This document shows positions 55,411-64,000 of a stretch of 64,000 nucleotides of DNA, piece by piece; positions within the stretch are counted from its first letter, which is position 1, and each line of letters opens with the position of its first letter. Made by a program: the position numbers and the translations under genes. Source of the stretch: Octopus vulgaris (Eukaryota); assembly GCA_951406725.2 (NCBI GenBank), contig OX597822.1, positions 51,274,001-51,338,000 of the forward strand, given 5' to 3'. The notes below the pieces were generated by a model. It saw only the letters and a program-made list of their open reading frames with translations, did not search any database and was not told where the DNA came from.

Positions 55411-55800
55411 GGCGCAGAAGTGGCTGTGCGGTAAGTAGCTTGCTTACCAACCACATGGTTCCGGGTTCAGTCCCACTGCGTGGCATCTTGGGAAAGTGTC
55501 TTCTACTATAGCCTCGGGCCGACCAATGCCTTGTGAGTGGATTTGGTAGACGGAAACTGAAAGAAGCCCGTCGTATATATGTATATATGCGTGTGTGTGT
55601 TTGTGTGTCTGTCCCTGTTCCCCTAGCATTGCTTGACAACCGAAGCTGGTGTGTTTATGTCCCCGTTACTTAGCGGTTCGGCAAACGTGACCGATAGAAG
55701 AAGTACTGGGCTTACAAAGAATAAGTCCCGGGGTCGAGTTGCTCGATTAAAGACAGTGCTCCAGCATGGCCGCAGTCAAATGACAGAAACAAGTAAAAAA
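55411..55800 (+). mobile_element. tRNA-derived SINE family A, full length
   Basis: A box TGGCTGTGCGG, B box GGGTTCAGTCCC, internal (AT)/(GT) tract and tail CCAGCATGGCCGCAGTCAAATGACAGAAACAAGTAAAA. Confidence 0.9.
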
Positions 55801-56128
55801 AATATATATATATATACATATTCACATGCATATCACATGCACATAAGTAAAAGAGTAAAGAGTAAAGAGTATATATATATATATAATATATATATATATA
55901 TAATTTATATATATATATATTTTATATATATGTGTGTATATATAGATATATATATATATACATATACATATATATAATCTTTTATGCAGTACTTGTTTCC
56001 GGAGGTCTTATCGCACATTTAGCGAGGGAATTTGAATCATAACTGCTAGTACAATCGATTAAACCACACGTGTGTTTGACGTTATGTTGAAATTCAGCGT
56101 GCGATTTAATAAATTGTATTTTAGACAA

Positions 56129-56203
56129 ATTCTGCTGATGACCTATATATGTTGTGTAAGTAAAATTGCATATTACATTAATAGCGAAACAATTGTCCAG
56201 AGT
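56129..56203 (+). ncRNA. Type I hammerhead with long stem II
   Basis: ATTCTG-CTGATGA-CCTATATATGTTGTGTAA...TTGCATATTACATTAATAGC-GAAAC-AATT-GTC-CAGAGT. The 10.1-11.1 position is a C/C mismatch. Confidence 0.82.
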
Positions 56204-56490
56204 TAATCTATATTTTTGTTATTTTTCACTTGCCCTGCTCGTTTACATTAAACGTGTTAATTCTCCTTGGAAACAATTTTTAGTGGCTAATACCATAGCG
56301 GGTCAATTTTTAGCGCTAGAGTCGACCATATAGTAGTCACTCTCTTATATTTATCTATGAATTTTTTATTGTATCCCTGGTTTTTTATGCGCTAAGCCAC
56401 TTGGTGTTAAATTGATGGTATTATTAAATTAATATCTAATTTTTCACCCTTTTTTGTAATTTATACATATATATATATATACATACATAT

Positions 56491-56545
<55 letters not shown>

Positions 56546-56657
56546 AAGAGAGAGTAGTAAATATAAATATAATAATATTAATTATAACAGCAGTAAAAAT
56601 ATTAATACTAATATTAACACTAATAGCAGTACTCACAACAATAAACTAAACACTACC

Positions 56658-56718
<61 letters not shown>

Positions 56719-57082
56719 TATCATTATATATTATATATATTTAGAAAGGTATAGAAAAATCTTTTCATATCCTTTAAGCTTTTTATCGTTCTATTACTAT
56801 AGAAGATGAACATACTAAGGTTAATATCCTGGTTATTACGCCTCATTTACATAATGTGTTGTATCAAACTTATCATAAGCCAAATGAATGCTTAAAATAT
56901 ATAAACAAAAAAACTCTATTCATCTAAGGATTATAATAAATGTTTTCATTAAAAGATATATCTACCCGTATTTCGAGGCTTACGGTTAATGAGAATCTAT
57001 TTAAACAAAGCAGAATTACTATAACCATGCATTATTGGAAGCTGGATTTAAAGACAAAATTTACTATATCAAGAAACATAAC

Positions 57083-57183
<101 letters not shown>

Positions 57184-57199
57184 GGATGATGATGATGAG

Positions 57200-57745
57200 A
57201 AACCTAATTTATGAAGACTTCGTGCTTTGGCAGTGTATTATATATCCTAGTGCCCAAATATTTACATCATGGACCAGAACTTGTAATCTGGGAAGAGTAA
57301 CTGCAAATGTTTCATTTGGATATCGTAGGTATTTTCTGATCTTTAGATTTATGTTAACATCAGTTGGGCATCTGATTTCCAAAACTATACACAGTTTCTC
57401 TTCGCTATCCCAAATCATTACGTCAGGTTTATTACGATTACATTTTATTGAGGATTTCACTGGAACATTCTTCATGTACTCCTTTTTAATACGAGTGGTT
57501 ATAGTTTACACCATTCTGTGGCTTCTTATTTTTTTGTCCTCGGTGTCATACTTACGACGGATCTCGTTATGCAGTGTCCTACCTACAACATCATGTCTCA
57601 TCAATAGATAAAACCGGGATGCCGTTTTCGTACAGCTGCTTATGATGTGGGTGATATCTTCGCTGTTAACTCCACAAAACTTGCATCGGTTGTCTCATTT
57701 TCCTGCTTTTCAATCTTTTCATGCATCTCATTCCCTTTTTTTACA
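57200..57745 (-). mobile_element. R4/Dong-like LINE 3' end (CCHC plus RLE) followed by a (TAA)n/(TGA)n array
   Basis: CKFCGVNSEDITHIISSC...RHDVVG...NKPDVMIWDSEEKLCIVLEIRCPTDVN. Confidence 0.85.
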
Positions 57746-58551
57746 TCAGGGATTCAGTTAATATTTCTTTTTCCTGGATTGCAAACCCATGTGTATGTAT
57801 GTATGTATGTATGTATGTATGTATGTATGTATGTATGTATGTATGCATGGAATGGTCACGAACTGTTTTGTAGTTGCAAGGGTCCCCAATTAATTGTTCG
57901 ACAATTGCGTATGTTTTCGGTTTTGATTTGAAGTGTAAATATTCATATTCAATATATTTTTATATTCTTATATTTATTATAGTTATCTATTTTCAGCTAT
58001 TGATTGGTAGATGGTTTAGAGTATCGGCTAAAATGATTCGTGGGGTTTTCCAACTCTTTTATTGTAATTCCATATAACATTATAGTCACATGTACACCTA
58101 TATCATTTAACCTGTTTGGATTTGATGAAATGATGTATCAATCAAGAATTTAGATCGATGCTTTCAGTTACAACACTTAGACTAATTTTCCGTATTCAGC
58201 GTATTTTAGCTATTGTTAATTTCACCCTTATATTTTCCATTTTCTCATTACGTTATATAATCAGATTATGCTTTTACGTCATAATACACTATGTCTAATC
58301 TCTATATTTCTCAACTTACTTTAAATACATCATTCCCATTTGCAATTTTTTGACATTAGTTTTTCGTCAAACTATTTAAAAAATTTTTCCATTATATTTC
58401 CATTTATTCTTAAAAAAATTTCCTTAAATAATTTTCAATAGTTTTTACGATACCATATTTGATTTCCATTTCTTAACACATTTGTGTTTGGAATTTCATA
58501 CTTCCATTATTTTTATATCATCATATAACAATTCTCTTTGACATTGTATAT

Positions 58552-58591
<40 letters not shown>

Positions 58592-58592
58592 T

Positions 58593-58729
<137 letters not shown>

Positions 58730-58841
58730 TAATTTTACATTTCGATTTCATAATTTTATTCATTTATGTAATCAGATTTTTAACCATATGACATGTTCAA
58801 GAATTTCCAAGTACATCTTACAAACAATTCATCATATATAA

Positions 58842-58957
<116 letters not shown>

Positions 58958-59509
58958 CAATGTACATATAAACCACATATCTCCTTCACACAGTTATTTT
59001 TTTTTCTTTTTAAAAATGCATCATATAGAATTCTTCTTGAAATACATAAGCGAATATTACTTATCTAACGAAAATTTATAAACTTATTGATTCTGCAACA
59101 GAAATTTCTGAATGTATACATATATAAAAGTCTGTGTGAGTATGTGTGTGCGTATTTATGTGCATGTGTGTGCGTGCGCGTATGCGTGTGTGTGTGCTTG
59201 TATGTGTATGTGTGCCTATGTCTTTGAGCATGTGCGTGTTCATTTGTGTTTCTGTGCGTGTGTGTGTATGTGTGTGCTTGTACGTGTAATTCAAGAGCCT
59301 TCCTTCTTTTCTTTCACTTAGTAACTCTCTCCATTCATACTGTTTTACCATCCAACTTCTTCCTCTTCCTTTCTCCCATATTAATCCTAGTGTTATTAAC
59401 TGCATATTTTTATGATCATGAAATTCATCGCTGGCAATTCCACCGAATACATGTACATTATGTAATGTAGTTCTACCGAATAACTTATGTATTTTTTTAT
59501 ACTTATATA

Positions 59510-59712
59510 TATTTCTTTATAGCCCACAAGGGGCTAAACATAGAGGGGACAAACAAAGACAGACAGAGGGATTAAGTCAATTACATCGACCCCAGTGCGA
59601 AACTAGTACTTTATTTATCGACCCCGAAAGGATGAACACAGAACGTAACGACAGACGAAATGCCCCTAAGCATTTCGCCCGGCGCGCTAACGTGTCCGCC
59701 AGCTCGCCGCCT
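59510..59712 (-). mobile_element. tRNA-SINE family B, internally deleted
   Basis: Homologous to 38243-38470. Confidence 0.8.
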
Positions 59713-59795
59713 TATGTATGTAGACACACACGTTGACAGTGAGAAATAAGGACAGACAGATATGCATGTGAATATGTATATATATATTTTTTTTT

Positions 59796-60189
59796 TTTAC
59801 TTGTTTCAGTCAGTTTGACTGCGGCCATGCTTGTGCACCGCCTTTAATCGAGCAACTCGAACCTGGGACTTATTATTTGTAAGCCCAGTACTTATTCTAT
59901 TGGTATCTTTTGCCGAACTGCTAAGTGACGGGGACATAAACACACCAGCATCGGTTGTCAAGCAATTCTAGAGGGACAAACACAGACACACAAACATACA
60001 CGCACATACATATATATACATATATACGACGGGCTTCTTTCAGTTTCCGTCTACCAAATCCACTCACAAGGCTTTGGTCGGCCCGAGGCTATAGTAGAAG
60101 ACACTTGCCCAGGTGCCACGGAGTGGGACTGAACTCGGAACCATGTGGTTGGTAAGCAAGCTACTTACCACACAGCCACTCCTGCGCTT
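59796..60189 (-). mobile_element. tRNA-SINE family A, full length
   Basis: Reverse complement is homologous to 55411-55800. Confidence 0.9.
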
Positions 60190-60190
60190 G

Positions 60191-60221
<31 letters not shown>

Positions 60222-60239
60222 TAGTATATACACATGTAT

Positions 60240-63200
60240 TTTTTTTATTTAGTTTCAGCTCACAAGCTGTGGCCATGCTGGGGCACCGCCATTTGGTGTT
60301 GCTACATGATTTTACTCCACGAATGCTCTTTAGCAATTGCCATCTGGTGCATGAGAGAGTCCGATGCAGCTGCCCTCATATACACCTCCTGCCGTGAAGT
60401 TGGTTCATCTGGGACACCTGACAAGAAGAGATCCAGTTTCATTTTAAAGACGTCTGCATCCACCCCACGCAGGTCCCTCAGGTTCTTCGGGAGGATATTG
60501 AAGAGCTGTGGGCCTCGGAAGCCCAGGCTATCACAGTATGTTGTCCTATATCTTGATGGCAAATTTGGAGCCCTTGCCACTATGCAGTGGCGCCCAGCTC
60601 TGGCATTTGTGTAACTCTCGATGCCAAAGTTTGGGACAAGTCCTTCTAGGATCTTCCAGATGTATATTAGGGCATATCTTTCTCGCCTACGCTCTAAGGA
60701 ATAGAGTCTCAATCTCATGAGTCTTTCCCAATAGCTTATATGCTATACAGAGACTATCTTCTTCGTGTAGCTTCGTTGGATCGCCTCGAGTTCTGTGATT
60801 AACTTGACACTGGATGGTGACCATAGCTGAGAGCAATAGTCAAAGTGGTTTAGGACAAGTGTCCTCCAGGGGACCATCATGGTTTCCTGGTCTCTTGTTC
60901 TAAAGGTTCTAAGAATCCATCCGCTCAGCCGCCTTCATTTCATTGCCAATTTAGCAACATGCACATGAAAGGTTGCATCATCACTCATGTAAATACCCAG
61001 GTCTCGCACTGATTGTGCCTCTGGGATTGCAATCCCTCCAGGTCCAGTGTATTTATTGGGTATTGCATTTAGTTTTGCATGCTGATAGTATAAAGCTTGA
61101 AACGTTTCAGCATTGAACTGCATACTATTCTTTTCAGCCCACTTGTATATTTTGTCCAGCTCACATTGCAGGTGCTTAGTGTCTCCAAGGTTCTGTATTG
61201 CCTGTGAAACTTTTGTATCATCTGCATAACTTGTGATCGTGGCTCTCTGCGTGGCTGAGGGCATGTCTGAGAGGGCCATTATGAACAGTAGTGGTCCCAG
61301 AACAGTGCCTTGCGGAACACCGCTCACTATTTGCGTGTTAATGGAAGTGGCCCCATTGGCTACTACCACCTGACCTCTATCCTTCAAAAAGTCAAGAAGC
61401 CATTCTCCCAATTTTCCAACTATGCTAAGATCACGCAGTTTGTGGCATATCATTCCATGATCGACTTTATCAAAGGCCTTTGCAAAGTCGAGATATATGA
61501 CTTCCACATTTGAGTGATTGAGCAGTCGTTTCAGCACCCAGTCATAGTGTTCTAGGAGCTGAGTTAAGCAGCTTCTTCCTGGTCGGAAACCATGTTGGGT
61601 GTCAGGCAGCAATTCATAGGTAGGTGATTAGTTTCCTTCTGACTATTCGTTCCATGACCTTGCTGATGTGTGAGGGCAGAGAGATAGGTCTGTAGTTCTT
61701 GGCCTCCGCTCTGCTTCTTCTTAAAGACTCCGCCGGTTACGACGACGAGGGTCCCAGCTGATACGATCAACGGAACAGCTTGCTCGTGAAATTAACGTGC
61801 AAATGGCTGAGCATTCCACAGACACGTGTACCCTTAACGTAGTTCTCGGGGATAATCAGCGTGACACAGAGAGTGACAAGGCTGACCCTTTGAAATACAA
61901 GTACAACTCATTTTTGCCAGCTGAGTGGACTGGAGCAACGTGAAATAAAGTGTCTTGCTCAAGGACACAACGCGTCGCCGGGAATCGAACTCACACCCTA
62001 ACCACTAAGCCATGCGCCCTCACTCCGCTCTGCTACCGCCTTTATGAATAGGGCATAACTTACCTTCCTTCAGTTTTCTTGGAGGTTTTCCAGTTGCAAG
62101 GAAACCCTGAAAGAAGAACTGCAGTGGTCTTGCTAGGACTCTCTTACATACTTTTAGAAGGATTGCTGGGAATCCATCGGGGCCAGTAGCTGAGTTTGTT
62201 TTCATTTCATCAATAGCCTTTATTACATCGTCTTCCTTTATATTGATGTAATCATTCATCGCTGCCTCTGATTTTATATCTGCAGTGGTAAAGAAGTCAG
62301 TTGGATTGCTGACTTGAAAATGCCCTAGGGGTGGAGTGAAAATACTCTTGAATTGCTCATTTAGTATTTCACTTACCCTCATTGGATTTCCTGTGAGTGT
62401 GCCATCCTTTTCAAGGAGTGGCCCTATCCTACAGTGCACCGTAGCTGTTTCTTTAGCATACCTGTAGAAATCTATGGGGTTAGATGTTATGTTGTCTATA
62501 GCCCAGGCTTCTTTGTCTGCTCTTTCTTTTTCATGGGAGAGTTGCAGACATTTTTCAATTTCCAACAGTTTTATTTTCAGGCGGGACATTTCACTGCTTT
62601 CAATTTGTTTGTTTAGGCGTTTTAAAATTTTAGGCGTTTTAGAAGTTTCCTCTCTCTGGGGATTTTGCTCTTGTGTACAGTGGTCTTTCTCTCTGGGACA
62701 CATTTGTAGCATGTGGCTTGCATTACAGACATGAATTGTTGAAGTTTCATGTCTATGTCTGGCGAGGAGAGACATTCAGGCCAGTTTTGTTTGAGGATCT
62801 CTTTCTCAATTTGTTTCCAGTTTGCCTTATAGAAGTTCAAGCTGGAAAGATTCTGAGAGTTTCTTGTAGGCTGCATGTCCATACTTTCCTTTGGCCCGTA
62901 CATGGTCAGCTCTACCATGTTGTGATCCGAGAGTAGTGTCGGCGTCACTTTCACATTATGGATGAGATCCATATTATATGTGAAGCAGAGATCAAGTATG
63001 TTACCTGCCCAGGTTGGTTGGAGTATTACTTGCTCCATGTACGGAGTTTTGATGAATTTTAGGAGGGACCTTGCCTGTCCTCGTTCACATCGTGTCATTT
63101 CTGGGAGAGAAAGGCCTTCGGGCCATCTGACATTGGTAGATTGAAGTCTCCCATAAGAAGTAAACTTATGTGTTGTTCTAATGTGACTAGAACTTCTATG

Positions 63201-64000
63201 TTTATAAGGCAGTCTTCAAACTTGCCTACATGGCTTGGGGCATCAGGAGGGCGATATGTAGTACATATAACTACGCCAAGTTGCCTTATATGTACAATTA
63301 GTGTGTCACACACCGAATTTCAGTATGACAAAAGGACCTGGGGTGTGAGGTCCTCACGGATGTACATAGCAACTCCTCCATGACTCCTTTCTTTTCTGTG
63401 GATCCGTAGTACAACATACTGTGGTATGTAAATTTCTGCATCTGCTATGTCCGGTTTCAGGTGTGTTTCCGTAAGTGCTATGCATAAGGCTTGATTGCAT
63501 GAAACAAAGTCTCTCAAGAACGGGATTTTTGTCCTATTACTGAGTGTTAGCAGACCTCTGATGTTCAGTAGGAGCATCGAGGTGAGGTGTATACTGTTGC
63601 CGGCGGTGTCCACCTTGGGTCTATTTGCTGTGGCGGTCTTGTGTATTGTGGATAGTCCCATCTGCGAGTTTGAGTTTGATGAAGCCAGGTTAGCTGCTGT
63701 ACAATCTTTTGTGCCATGCACAAAAAAAGATTCTTGTTCAGCAGCTGCCCTTTCAATAACATGTTGGCGGTTTGTAGCACGCACCACATCTGTTGTACCT
63801 CCGTTTTGGGGCAGGTGGTACGTTGTCCATTCCTTTTCCTTTTGGGAGTTGGTTTCTGATCTGTTTCGTGTTTATGTGGCGGGGTCTTTCATGTGCAAAA
63901 CAGCAGCCTGCACCTTCCTCTCCATGCCAGAAGACACCTTTCAGGTGGAATTTACACATTCGTGTGCGCTGTTTGTTTCTATCCTTTTTGGTACATGGAT
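60240..64000 (-). mobile_element. CR1/L2-group LINE (APE plus RT), frameshifted and extending past the window end
   Basis: LNIRGL, LTETHL, HGGVAMY, YRPP, GDFN, LDL, SDH, GPDG, QHGFRPGRSC, YLDFAKAFDKVDH, GVPQGTVLGP, YADDTK and LYSLERRRER. Confidence 0.92.
61716..62022 (-). mobile_element. tRNA-derived SINE family C nested in the LINE RT, with a 12-bp TSD
   Basis: CTCCGCTCTGCT occurs at 61704-61715 and 62023-62034. A box TGGCTTAGTGG and B box GTTCGATTCC are present, and a related head lies at about 19568-19672. Confidence 0.9.

Overview
AT-rich eukaryotic (animal) non-genic DNA. The SINE and microsatellite content resembles cephalopod/Octopus repeats, which is an inference and was not checked against a database. 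No intact host protein-coding gene is evident, and most ORF-track entries are translations of (AT)n, (GT)n, (GATA)n or (TAA)n microsatellites. The window is a mosaic of decayed transposons: Penelope-like (RT + GIY-YIG) fragments, a near full-length Tx1/L1-like LINE between (TATC)n arrays, a CR1/L2-group LINE with a nested TSD-flanked SINE, R4/Dong-like RLE LINE pieces, RTE pieces, a Helitron helicase with its hairpin-CTAG end, a mariner fragment, a TTAA MITE and three tRNA-SINE families. The most striking hidden signal is about 20 type I hammerhead-ribozyme (HHR) motifs from roughly 10 distinct short repeat families, mostly embedded in (AT)n. They occur as partial tandems or fold-backs, often with palindromic (dimer-type) stem III, very long stem II, or variant cores such as a G3-C8 swap. 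Two SINE families also appear to share 3' tails with two LINEs present in the same window. All motifs were found and paired by eye, so coordinates are approximate and activity is untested.
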